Assembly: GCA_023205875.1 (NCBI GenBank)
Contig: CP060768.1
Coordinates: 310,001 to 374,000 of the forward strand
Direction of reading: 5' to 3'
DNA from: Chloropicon primus
Taxonomy: Eukaryota
DNA: 64,000 nt
Shown here: one piece after another, positions 46,552 through 57,563 of the stretch
Position numbering within the stretch: the stretch's first letter is position 1
Layout of the letters: the number at the start of each line of letters is the position of its first letter
Notes under the pieces: generated by a model
The model's input: only the letters and a program-made list of their open reading frames with translations
The model's database searches: none
What the model was told of the DNA's origin: nothing
Position numbers and translations under genes: made by a program

Positions 46552-49203
46552 TTACCTTCGGTTGTTCTCCTTGCTCCAAACATCGTAGCGATCTCCCCAG
46601 AGTTCTTTCTTCTTCTTCTCGCGGCGAAACTCGTCGTCCTCCTCCTCCTCTCCGCCAAAGTCTTCCTGAGACAAGTTGGCGTCACCCAAGGGCGCAGCGG
46701 TGAGGTACTTCCTTTTGCCGGGCCCCCCGTTGCAGTCGTCAAGAATCCCAAGTGAGGCCAGGAGCATTTGCTCCATTTTTCTGGACTCCTCGTCGGGATC
46801 GCGGGGTGCGAGCGACTGAGTCACGTTTTGCACGCCAAGGATCAAAGAATTTTTCATGGAAGCCTCCATCAGGCAGATGGCTGCAACGGCATCTTGCAGC
46901 CTGACCTGCTCCCTGGCCATCAATCGCGCGTGAGCCTGAGATAGCCTCACCAAGGACTCCAACATTCGTATCGTTGTTCTAGCCGATGGCCTGTTGTTTG
47001 ACTCCGATGCAGACAACTGCCGTTGTCTCTGGTAGTAGAGCTTCAGCACGTTCTCTGCATCCTTTGTCATGACCGGATTCAGTTTCCTCACGTAAGCTAC
47101 GTAGCTCTTCATTTTTTCTTGCGACCAGTATTCGTTCCCTGCGGCATCCTGGGACCCACAAGAGTTGTCACTGTGCTGATGCAGGACATGATCTGCGATC
47201 AAAGAGTCCCACTCTTTCAAGGAGAGGTCCCTCACCGTCAACACGAGGTCGAACCTGCTCAAGAGCGGCGCCGAAATGTTTACCATGTTTTCATCAAAAC
47301 CGGTCGTGAAGGGGTCGTAGCTTTGCTTCCTACCTGACTTGGGCTTCTTGATATTCGTGGAAGCAATGATTGCTGTCTGGGACCTTAGCTTGGTCACAAG
47401 CCCGGCCTTTGCTATGCTTAGAGTCTGTTGCTCCATCGCCTCGTGGATTGCGGCCCTGTCAGATTCCCTCATGGTCTCGAATTCATCGATGCAGCACAAA
47501 CCCCCGTCCGCCAGGACGAGGGCCCCAGCCTCGAGCGTCCATTCACTCCTTTTCCCCAGCTTCCCCCTGGCACCACCACCTGTCGTAGACCTGTCTCCCC
47601 TCGAGACAACGGCAGTCGCAGTGAGCCCCGCATTGGTCGAGCCCCTTCCGTTTGTCACCACACTTCTCGCACTGAGCCTTGCGGCGCATCTCATCAGCTG
47701 GGATTTACCGGTACCAGGATCACCAGCGAGCAGCAGGTGGCACTCCCCTCTGACAGAATGATTCCTGTCCTTCTGGTCCTGCACCGCTGCTGCAGACTTG
47801 GCCTTGAGGGATGCTTCGTTTTCAGCGACAGCCTTGCCGCTCGCCCCTCGCAATGGGACGCCTCCGCACAGCACGAGCATCACGGCAAGCTTGGCAATGT
47901 ACAGACCGTGGACCTGGGGCGACAGAGAGCCCACAATGAGGTCCCTGCCCGCCAGCGGCTTTGACGCGTACGTGCTCCAATGCCGGGCAACCCAAGCGCT
48001 CGAGTCGTCTGCTGGCGTGGCGGTCAGGCTGACAAGGTCTCCGCCTGCCGATGGGGAGCGTCCAGGAAGCCTGCCTTGAAGCTCGGCGGAATTTCCTGCC
48101 CCTGTAGGTCTGCCCGAGGCCAAAGATGGCTTGCTGGGTGCCTCCACAGCAGCGAGTCTCTTCTTGTTCAAATGCACCACATGAACTGCGTTGATCAAGA
48201 GCTCCACCTCACACTGCATCTCTATTTTCCCAATTTTCTTCCAGTGCTGGATCAGGATCCCCGTGACCTGAACTTCGTCCCCTGGCCTGAACTTATCCAC
48301 GAGGTCGTCTTCCAATCTCACCGTGATTGACTTTGGCGTCTTGTTTCCTCCGGCGCTCTCCCTCCCGGTACTAGAGCCCCGCGAGCCCCCGAGCTGCCTG
48401 TTCCACTCCTGCAGTCTTAATTCTTGGCAATCCTTGTGGTACTGATTCTCTTCACACCTCGTGAAGTTCGTTCCTTGGCAGCCGCTCTGGGGCTGCTCTT
48501 GGGATCCCCTCGACGAAGAGCCCTGGGACCCTTGGAACTCCCGTCCCAGCCTCTTCTTCCTCCGGCGACCCTTTGCGTCGTTTGGGCAAACTTCTGGAAG
48601 CTGGACGTGCCCGCCGGCGTGGATATCGACGTCCACTTCAAACCTCGAGTGGCACCGGTTGCACTCGTACTGTTGCTTGTACTCCACGAGGTGCGGGGAC
48701 CCCAGCTTCGTGATGGTGCCGCTCACACAGACAAGGCGACTGGCCATGCAGGCCCGCAGCTCGCCCACCGAAGGGCTGACGAGAGACCTCCCGGGCATGG
48801 CATCCCAAGAATTGTTCAAGCGAGCGCCAGGGATGCCGTACACCCTTGCCTTTGCGTTCGGCTTGACCGTCATGTCCTCCCCTCTCGGGTGCTTCGACTT
48901 CATGTAGTGCTGGGCGGCTACAAGCGCTCTGTCAAAGTGCTTCAGGAGGAGCAGGGGGTCCCTCACGACTTGCTCGACCAAGAACGGCTGCGCCTGGGCG
49001 AGCTCCACCAGGCAAACCTCCACCACCAGCTTGGCGTCCTCCTCTCCCGCCCCCGTTGCGTTGCTTCCAAGCCATCCCGCTTCGTGTTCGCCATCTTCCT
49101 TGGCGAGGAGAACCCTTTCGATCTGCCCAGAGCACGTTATCGAGAGCAAATAGTGCCCGGCCAGAGCATCTATCACCTCCCCGGCCTTCGGATGCCCTGC
49201 CAT
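46552..49203 (-). CDS. MCM9: MCM9-like DNA helicase
   Basis: RGECHLLLAGDPGTGKSQ, WTLEAGALVLADGGLCCIDEF, PLLSRFDL, ARTTIRMLESLVRLSQAHARL. Confidence 0.88.
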   Translation of the reverse strand: MAGHPKAGEVIDALAGHYLLSITCSGQIERVLLAKEDGEHEAGWLGSNATGAGEEDAKLVVEVCLVELAQAQPFLVEQVVRDPLLLLKHFDRALVAAQHYMKSKHPRGEDMTVKPNAKARVYGIPGARLNNSWDAMPGRSLVSPSVGELRACMASRLVCVSGTITKLGSPHLVEYKQQYECNRCHSRFEVDVDIHAGGHVQLPEVCPNDAKGRRRKKRLGREFQGSQGSSSRGSQEQPQSGCQGTNFTRCEENQYHKDCQELRLQEWNRQLGGSRGSSTGRESAGGNKTPKSITVRLEDDLVDKFRPGDEVQVTGILIQHWKKIGKIEMQCEVELLINAVHVVHLNKKRLAAVEAPSKPSLASGRPTGAGNSAELQGRLPGRSPSAGGDLVSLTATPADDSSAWVARHWSTYASKPLAGRDLIVGSLSPQVHGLYIAKLAVMLVLCGGVPLRGASGKAVAENEASLKAKSAAAVQDQKDRNHSVRGECHLLLAGDPGTGKSQLMRCAARLSARSVVTNGRGSTNAGLTATAVVSRGDRSTTGGGARGKLGKRSEWTLEAGALVLADGGLCCIDEFETMRESDRAAIHEAMEQQTLSIAKAGLVTKLRSQTAIIASTNIKKPKSGRKQSYDPFTTGFDENMVNISAPLLSRFDLVLTVRDLSLKEWDSLIADHVLHQHSDNSCGSQDAAGNEYWSQEKMKSYVAYVRKLNPVMTKDAENVLKLYYQRQRQLSASESNNRPSARTTIRMLESLVRLSQAHARLMAREQVRLQDAVAAICLMEASMKNSLILGVQNVTQSLAPRDPDEESRKMEQMLLASLGILDDCNGGPGKRKYLTAAPLGDANLSQEDFGGEEEEDDEFRREKKKKELWGDRYDVWSKENNRR

Positions 49204-50100
49204 GCCGAATTATTACCAGTGCTGCTGCTGCTGCTCACCTTCTCTTCATCCTCTCCCGTTCGCTATTTTTTCCAAGCGAGGCCTCTTTCAAAAGTGAGAG
49301 AGAGATAGAGAGAGAGGACCGCGGCGCAATAATCTCCCGACCAAGCCTCGCCTCTCCTCCCCTCTGCCTCTCCGTGGCCTCCCCCTCTCACCGTCCTTCA
49401 CCCAACTCACTCCAAAGTCCCCACGTACTTGGTCGACCACGTGGTCGTTTCTTTCGAGCGAGGGCTCTTTGGAAAGAGCAAGAGATGAGGAATCGTCCAA
49501 GCAACCTCCTCGCCGCAACCCTTCCCTTCCCCCCCCGCCTTCCCGCGTCCCGATCACAAAGCCTACCACCAATCCCAGATCGATCGCGATCTGTCATCTC
49601 CAAAGTGCTTCCCGCGTTCCGCGGGAAAACCAAAAAATGGTTCGGACAGAAGAGACGCGAGTCCCGGCGTCCAAGAGGGAAGGAAGGTGTTGTTTGTCGA
49701 GGACTTTGTGCACGGACGGTGACGTCAAAGGGGAGGAGGTGTTAAAAAAACGGAAGGACGTCTCAAAGACTTTCGATTGATACCTCGGCTGAAGGTTTTG
49801 ACGCACGGAGTGGTCTCCCTTTGAGACGACAGGCGTTAGAGAAGGCTGCCCAAGACCGAGACCAAGACCGAGGACCAAGGAGGGAAGGAGGGAAGGCAAG
49901 ATTGATTGAGGTGCGAATTTGTTTCGGACCACCAACGCAAGCAAGTGTCTCGTGTCCAAAAACAAAACAAAAACATCCTTCACCGAGGTATCTGTCTGTT
50001 CTGCCCAACGAGACGTGCGTGCCTACTTTTTGTGTCCAAGCCCAAGGAAGGAAGTGTCGATTGATTGATTGATTGATTGAGTCTGAAGTTCGAGGAAAGT

Positions 50101-51199
50101 ATGGTGACCGCAAAGGTGGAGAAGGTCACGGTGGTGCCAGGGATGAGCCCCTTCCTGCAGAGGACGAAGAGCTCGAACAATGGTGGCCTCCTCGAGGACG
50201 GCGAGAGTGACGCGGGGTCGGACGGGAGCGGCAAGTTCAACAAAGTCATCAGGGATGCCGAGACAAACGTCGCGAGGCTGGCGGGAGTGATGCAGAACGC
50301 GGAGGCGGAGCTCGAGAAGGCGTTTAACCGGACTGGAGCCTTGCAGAAAGACTACACAAACAAGTTGGAGCAGCAACTCGAGGAGCTCAAGGGCATCCTG
50401 GGGAGCAAGCAGGCGCAGGTGACGTACCTCGAGGACAAGGTGGGCAACCTGAAAGAGAATTACGGGGAGAAGCTGTCTCAGGCCCAAGCCAAGATCGCTG
50501 CCTTGGAACAGGAGCAGAGAAGGTACAAGCACTCGCACACGCAGGAGCGAGCGAGACTGTCGGAGAACCTTCAGAGAGACCTTTCTGCTTTGAACGTTCA
50601 AGTGCGACAACTGAATCAGAGCAAAACGGAACTGGAGAAGCAAGTGGAGCGGCTCAGCATCGAGAACAGCGTCCTGAAGAGGAAGGAGAAAGTGTCCCCG
50701 GCTTCAGTCTTCGAGTTCGACGTCAATCGCGTCTCCAAGTTAGAGAAAGAGATGCAAGAGTGCAAGCAGCAGCTTGGCTTGGAGAAGGCGAGGAACGCGA
50801 AGCTGCAGAAGAAGATACAAAAGCTCGAGGAGGAGAGCCGCAAGGTGAGCCCATCACCCGACGTGGGAACCCGGGTGCGAGGGTTTTGGACGACCTGCAG
50901 ACACTGACAAAGCCGGTTTGGTTTCTTTCCTCCTCCCTTCGGTTCGATCGATGCAGGCGGACTTGGTGATGAGCGAGAAGTACAGGAATTTCGCGGACAT
51001 GAAGGTCCCCTACAAGGAGCAACTGAGGAGGGAGAACGAAGAGCTGAGGAGCAGCCTCTTGGCGAGCACCTTGGCGACCGACCCCGCGGCGAAGCAAAAG
51101 GAGCTCGACGACATCCACCTCAACTGGGTGAACAGAGTCTTGAACTCCGGGCACTTTGAAGGATCCGTTTGTGGAAACAGCTGGTGGTCCTCCTATTGA
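50101..51199 (+). CDS. Coiled-coil protein; intron 50845-50956; 5' end uncertain
   Basis: Heptad-rich ORF with an in-frame GTGAGC...CTGAC...CAG intron. Confidence 0.7.
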
Positions 51200-51432
51200 A
51201 GGCTCGAGAGCGAGGAGCAAAGTAAACAAAATGTAAACAAAAGAACTTTTCAAGAACAACAACGCAGTGCGACATCCTCTCTCCCTCTTCTCGTCTCTTC
51301 TGATCATCCAATCGTAACGCTTCTTCGCCATTTTGCTTTGGCCTTCTTCCTCTTCAGAGATCGAGATGGGGACGGGAGGACCACGGCGCTTCTGTCTACG
51401 AGAGCGGGCGCGCTGTTCCCTTTGAGCGCAGC

Positions 51433-54400
51433 ATGGACGGAAGCGAAGAGGAGGAGGAACTCGGCGACAGAGTGCTGGACCACCTGACCGCGCGTTACTT
51501 GCGACATGAGAGTGAAAGCGGGGGGGCGGCTGGTCGGGAAGGGTTTGACTCGCACACCGTGTTCTTCGGGCTCTTCCTGCGGACCGTGCGGATGGAGAGG
51601 GTTTTCCTCGACGGCTTCGCGAGGCTCCACCAAAGGAACGTGTACTTGGGCCTCGTCGTCCTCCTCGTTGTTCTCATCGTGTACCAGCTGTACACGTTCC
51701 CAGCTGCCTCGCAGCAAGACCGCTGGTGCAGCGAAAACAATCTCGAAAACAGCTTATGCACCTCGGTGGCGATTTTGGAACCCGGGCAGAGCGAAGCGTC
51801 CTACCTAAGTGAACAGCTCGCATATGTGTGGCGGGTCTCTTATTCTGTGCTGGTCGGAATGTCGGTCGTTGGCGCGGCCGTGAACTGGTTCGTGCATCGA
51901 TCCAGCAGAGTGAAGGAGAAGTCTTGGGCGATGCTCATTCTCTTTTTGACTCCATATATAGGGTAGGTCTTTCTACGCACCGCAGTAGGACTTTCGTTGC
52001 TCTTCCTTACTGACTCTTATCTTCCTGGAAAGATACTCCGTTTATGCCTTGGTCCTCGTGTACGATAACCCCGATAACTGGCTGACGACCCCTACCGATG
52101 CCAAGGCCTATGTCATCCTCGTGGTTGGGCTGTTCACCTTCATCTCAGGCGCAAGCCTGTTCGCTTTCGTTGCCTTGTTCATGGCTGTTGCTGTCATCTG
52201 TTCGTCGGCCCTATTCGTGGTCCAAATGCAATACCTGGATTATCCACGAAATAGGAGAATTTTGAGAGCATCCTTTGCCGAGTCCATGTTCCAGATACTC
52301 GTCTTCTTCTCAATCTCCCTCGCAGGTAAGCCCCAGCCGCGCCTTCTCCCTGCCTTTCTTCGACTGACTTGATTTGTGTCCCCAGGCTCGTTCTGGAGAG
52401 AGGTCATCAACAAGAGGCAGTTTCTCTTGCGTATTCTGATGGCGGACCAGCAGGAGGAGATTATCCGCAGTAAGACGCAAAACACAACGCTGCAAAAGCG
52501 TCTGCTGAACAGCATGCTGCCTGATGCCATTGTAGATCGACTCCAGGAGCTTGACTTCCAAGTTCAAACGTGGGATCAGCTCAGAGGCATGTCAAGGCGC
52601 CACTCTGGAGTCTGCATCGCGTTTGCTGAGCTGGACGGCTTCACAGAGTTCTCTGCCCAGGTGTCTCCCCCGCGGGTGATGGAGTACCTCTGCGACCTCT
52701 TTCTGACCTTCGATGGATTGTGCGATGACTATGACGTGTACAAGGTGGAGACTGTGGGAGACCAGTATGTGGCCGCCGTCGGTGTTGTCACGGGAAAAAT
52801 GCACAACGAAGAAGTGCGCGAAGATGAGGATGGGGAAGGCTTCGGTGCGCTGAGAAGGTCTGTGAACGTCTCTGTCAAGGACGCTTCCAAATTCAACACC
52901 GAGCAGATTCTTGGATTCTCAAAGGCCATTATCGACGGGTCACGACTAGTCAATGTTCCCGAGGGAGCAGACACACACCCTCGTTTGCGCGTAAGTACCA
53001 ACCTCTGAGGCGACGACCTGAGGCAACCTTGCGCTGACTCCTGTTTGCTTCATTTCCTTCAGGTTGGCATCCACGTAGGCCCTTGCATGAGCGGGATCGT
53101 CGGCCAACGGAACTTTCGGTTCTGCCTGTTCGGCGACACAATGAACACAGCAGCGAGGATGGAGCAGAAAGGCGAGCCTGATTGCATCCACGCGACGCAG
53201 GATGTAGTCGATCTCGTTCCTCACGCTTCTTGGGAGAAGCTACAAAGGATGGAAGTCAAGGGCAAGGGCGTCATGCAAACGTATTTGCTTCGGTCGAACA
53301 AGGAAATCCTCACGGATAGCAGACCTCTTACGGCGCAAGATGCTTTCCTTGCAAGCCCCTTGATTCACAGGATTGCCTCGTTTGGAACAGGGACGAGTGC
53401 TTGGACCTCGACCAATACTGCCGAATCCTTTCGAGTTGGGTCTTACCAAGACATTCAGCCCGTGACCAGCGAAGTGTATAGCGAGCACACCTTTTGCTTT
53501 GGTCTGTTCTTCCGTAAGGCTAGGGTAGAGAAATGCTTTTTGGACGCCCTTGCCAGATCGGATAAGAACATGGTTTACGCCGGCTACCTCTTGTATGTTG
53601 TGGTGCTTCTGTCCAACTATATTTACGGGTATTTCCGTTTTTATGTGGTGTGCGATGACATAGGGACGCTGGATTCTATGGAATCTTTCAACGAAGGCTT
53701 GGATAGCTTGGCGTGCTTGTATTACTTGGGTAGTGACCCCTTCTTGTCCCAGAACAATAGTGCCAGCACGATGACATCGTATAAGAACATCGTGCGAGCC
53801 TCAGCATTCAATCTGACTCCAGGGAGCGCGGCTCTTCTCCTTGGACTCGTTGTGTTGGGCTGCGCATCTCACTTTTACATCCACAAATCGCGTAGGTTCG
53901 TTCACAAGTATTGGGCACTTCTCAACGTATGGGTGTTCTACCTGATGTTGTATGGGAGCATGCTGGGCACAACAATCCTTACCAAGAGGAAAGATTCGTC
54001 CACCTCCCAGTGGACAGAGGCTCTCTGGTTCATATCCGTGACAATGGATACTCTGCAAACTGTGTTCGCTCGATCTGGCTTCCCCATGCATTTCATTTTC
54101 CTCATGATTGGGAGCGGCATAACTCTGGGCTGGGGGATGACGGAGCTTGCGAAGGTGAAAGAGGCTAGTTTCAGCGACAAAAATGGCGATAATCAGTGGA
54201 TTGGGAGCCTCGACATTCAGGCTGGGCTTGCTCCAACAAGGAGTACCTCCAGCGTCATTCAACTTGCTTTCTTTCTTTTGTGCTTCAATGTCATTTTGGT
54301 CATTGGAGCTTACCAGGAGGACATCTCGAACAGAAAAAGGTTTTTGCAGAGCATGCTCTTACTCAGGCAGCAGGACGAGATTATCGCTCAGAAGAGGAAG

Positions 54401-55183
54401 ACGGAGAAGCTGCAGAAGAGCTTCCTGGAAAGCATCCTTCCTTCAAATCTTGTGGAGCAGCTGCAAGAGGAAGACAGGTCTGCCCTCTCCTTGTCCCAAA
54501 GGCACATAGGCGTCAGCATCCTTTACGCTGACCTCGTTGGGTTCACCGCATTCTGCAAGCAGGTCGACCCTTTTGAGGTTATGGTCTTCCTCAATAGCTT
54601 GTTCCGCGTCTTTGATGACTTCTGCGACCTCTTTGGTGTGTACAAGGTCGAGACTGTGGGCGACTGTTACGTTGCAAGCGTTGGAGTCGCCACCGGAAGA
54701 ATGATTTCCCAGAGGGTGGATGCCACAGACTCCACGCGAGAGTACTCCATCGATTTCGTGGACAGTTACTCCAGAAGTTTCAGCACCAGCGCCAGCATCT
54801 CACTTGTCAAGGACGCGGCCCGCAGTAACACCAGGAGCCTCGTTGGCTTCGCCAAGGCCATGCTGCTGGGATCGAGGAAGGTCATGAAGCCTGTGGTGGG
54901 TCAGCCGGCCACTTTGAGAATCGGCTTGCACTCTGGCTCCTGCATCAGTGGGGTGGTGGGCAGTCGAAACATCAAGTACTGCCTCCTTGGGACGGATGTC
55001 GTGACCGCGGCCATGATGGAGCACGAGGGAGCTCCCGATCGTATCCACGCCTCTCAGGCCGTCGTTGACGACGTTCCGGAGGAAGAGTGGGAAATCTTCA
55101 AGCTCGTCGAGGACAGGGACGGAAATAAACTCCAGACTTACTTCCTCAAATCAATCCAGCCTGTGAGAGAAGACACTTGTTGA
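51433..55183 (+). CDS. Multi-TM class III nucleotide cyclase with two catalytic domains, predicted guanylyl cyclase (~1182 aa); introns 51963-52032, 52326-52385, 52991-53062
   Basis: Two TM clusters, each followed by a coiled coil, an (L)L.S(M/I)LP motif and a cyclase domain (VYKVETVGD). All three introns join in frame. Confidence 0.88.
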
Positions 55184-55606
55184 ACAACGAATGATAGGCT
55201 TTATCATCAGAAACTATTTAATCAAGCTAAATCAAGCGAATAAAATAAAAGCACTTTTCCTCACTCACCGCTGAAGTTGCTGCCCCCACCTCCAAACTCA
55301 AACAAGTGGAACTCGCGTGGGGAACTCTCGTGCACCTCTCTTCTCATCTTCTCATCTCTCTCAGGACGTTGTGTTTGGTTTGCTGAAGCCAATGCCAATC
55401 CTCCTCCTTGGCCGTGGCAGATTTTGCTGATGAGGGAGGGGTGACTCGTAACTCGGAGGATGGGCATGACCGAGGGCGAGTCATGCATGCATTGGCAGCG
55501 TGACATAGGGGATCCATCCGGCTGCCAGAATCGAGACGACGCTGGCGACGACCGCTGCCCCAAACCACTAAGCAGTACCACACGAGCCCAAACGTTTTAG
55601 ACAAGA

Positions 55607-57109
55607 ATGAAGTCGAGCGCTGCGAAGCACATGTCGCTCCTGGTCCTGGCCCTGGCCCTGTCGTTGTCGTGCCTTGGCTCGTCGGCTTTGGCCGCCAATG
55701 AGACCGACCCTTCATCCGCCGCGCTGCCTCCTGCGAGCGGGACCATGTCCCAGGAGGAACAGCTGGCGCAGCTCAGCTCGGTGTTTGCGTCTCTCGTCCA
55801 GCAAGGATCCGATGTTGTGATGGGAAGGAAGGCGAAAGTCGGCCAGGCGTGCACCGCGGAGTACCCCCCGAGCTCCTTCCCCGCCACTGAGGACGGCCTC
55901 GTGGAGATGGTGGAGAACTACACGAGGTGCTTCTCTGATAAGCTCGGGTTCCCTATTGCCACCGGGTACCGAGGACCCCTCGCCGAGGAGGAGGCCATCT
56001 TCACCACCCACAAGCCCGCGTCCAACTGGACCGGGATCAGCGAGGGTCAGCTCGTGCCCTCCGGCTCCGTGATGAAGAGCTTCTTGGGCGTGGCGGCCTT
56101 CAACGTTCTCAACAGCACCGAGGGCGCCGTGACTTGGGACACCCCAATGTACCCCTTCGTGAATCGCGTGCTCTCCCGGGACTTCAACACGAGCTTGGAC
56201 GAGCTCTTTGATGACAAGCGCATCAAGGACGTGACCATTCAGCAGCTCCTGTCGATGACCTCCGGCCTCAAAGACTACAGCGAAGACATGGCGCCAGAGT
56301 TCATCGGTTATGGCCCGGGGAACACCCAGGAAGCAAGCTTCACTCCCATTGAGTACATTGACAACATGATCCAGACCTGGGGGAACAAGCTGAGCTGCGA
56401 TCCGGGAACCTGTTACTACTATTCAAGCAACGGTTTTGCGTTTGCAGGCATGATGCTGGTCGACATCTTGGGTTTGGACTCGTGGAAGGATTTGGACATT
56501 CTGGAGCTCGCGTTTCAATCAAACCCGGGGCTCAAGTCGGAGTTCAACAACACGGTTGCTTCAACCCCCAACAAGTTGTGCTCCGAGTACGGGCAGCTCC
56601 CCGATGGCAGCAACAGGGTTGTCAACCAGTGGAGTGAAAATGGCACAAATTTGTATGACTATGACTGCTTGGATGGGTGGGCGTTCGGAAACCTCATGAT
56701 CGACGCCCCAGACACCGCGAGCTGGTTCTGGCACCTCTACGGGTTGAGAGATATCCTGGGCACGGAGGACGTGGACATGATGCTCACCCCGACCAACACG
56801 TCTTCCACTTACGGTCTTGCTTCCGAAATCAATGCAATGCAGGGGCAGGGAAAATTGAACAACCGGTACTCGTGGGCTGGACACCAGGGGACGGACTGGG
56901 GCTCCTCCAACAGTGGAGCTGGTCTCTTCATGCCGAATGCGAAGGACAACGGCAAAGAGAGGGCGTTTGCCCTGTCCTTGACGCAGAACGACCTTTCCAT
57001 CCACGGACAAGACGATTTTGCTCAGACAACTTCGCTGACGAGGGCCTCCACCGTCTACTTGGCGAACGCGATCATACAGCTCCTGGAGAAGAACTTTGAG
57101 GACAGCTAA
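55607..57109 (+). CDS. Secreted serine hydrolase, beta-lactamase/PBP fold (class C/AmpC-like), copy A
   Basis: Signal peptide; SxxK (GSVMK), TIQQLLSMTSGL, PGTCYYYSSNGF, GHQG. No introns. Confidence 0.85.
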   Translation: MKSSAAKHMSLLVLALALSLSCLGSSALAANETDPSSAALPPASGTMSQEEQLAQLSSVFASLVQQGSDVVMGRKAKVGQACTAEYPPSSFPATEDGLVEMVENYTRCFSDKLGFPIATGYRGPLAEEEAIFTTHKPASNWTGISEGQLVPSGSVMKSFLGVAAFNVLNSTEGAVTWDTPMYPFVNRVLSRDFNTSLDELFDDKRIKDVTIQQLLSMTSGLKDYSEDMAPEFIGYGPGNTQEASFTPIEYIDNMIQTWGNKLSCDPGTCYYYSSNGFAFAGMMLVDILGLDSWKDLDILELAFQSNPGLKSEFNNTVASTPNKLCSEYGQLPDGSNRVVNQWSENGTNLYDYDCLDGWAFGNLMIDAPDTASWFWHLYGLRDILGTEDVDMMLTPTNTSSTYGLASEINAMQGQGKLNNRYSWAGHQGTDWGSSNSGAGLFMPNAKDNGKERAFALSLTQNDLSIHGQDDFAQTTSLTRASTVYLANAIIQLLEKNFEDS

Positions 57110-57563
57110 TCGGAACTCCTGAGAGCAACGAGTGATTCCAATCATTATTGAGAACAATATTTACTGAGATTAATTAGAAAACACTTTTCCTCACTCACCG
57201 CTGAAGTTGCTGCCCCCACCTCCAAACTCAAACAAGTGGAACTCGCGTGGGGAACTCTCGTGCACCTCTCTTCTCATCTTCTCATCTCTCTCAGGACGTT
57301 GTGTTTGGTTTGCTGAAGCCAATGCCAATCCTCCTCCTCCTATGGGCATGACCGAGGGCGAGTCATGCATGCATTGGCAGCGTGACATCGACGGAGACCG
57401 GAGACCGATGGGGGACGAGCCCATCATGGGCATGGGGAGACATGTGCCCATGGTATGCGGAATAGGGGATCCATCCGGCTGCCAGAATCGAGACGACGCT
57501 GGCGACGACCGCTGCCCCAAACCACTAAGCAGTACCACACGAGCCCAAACGTTTTAGACAAGA

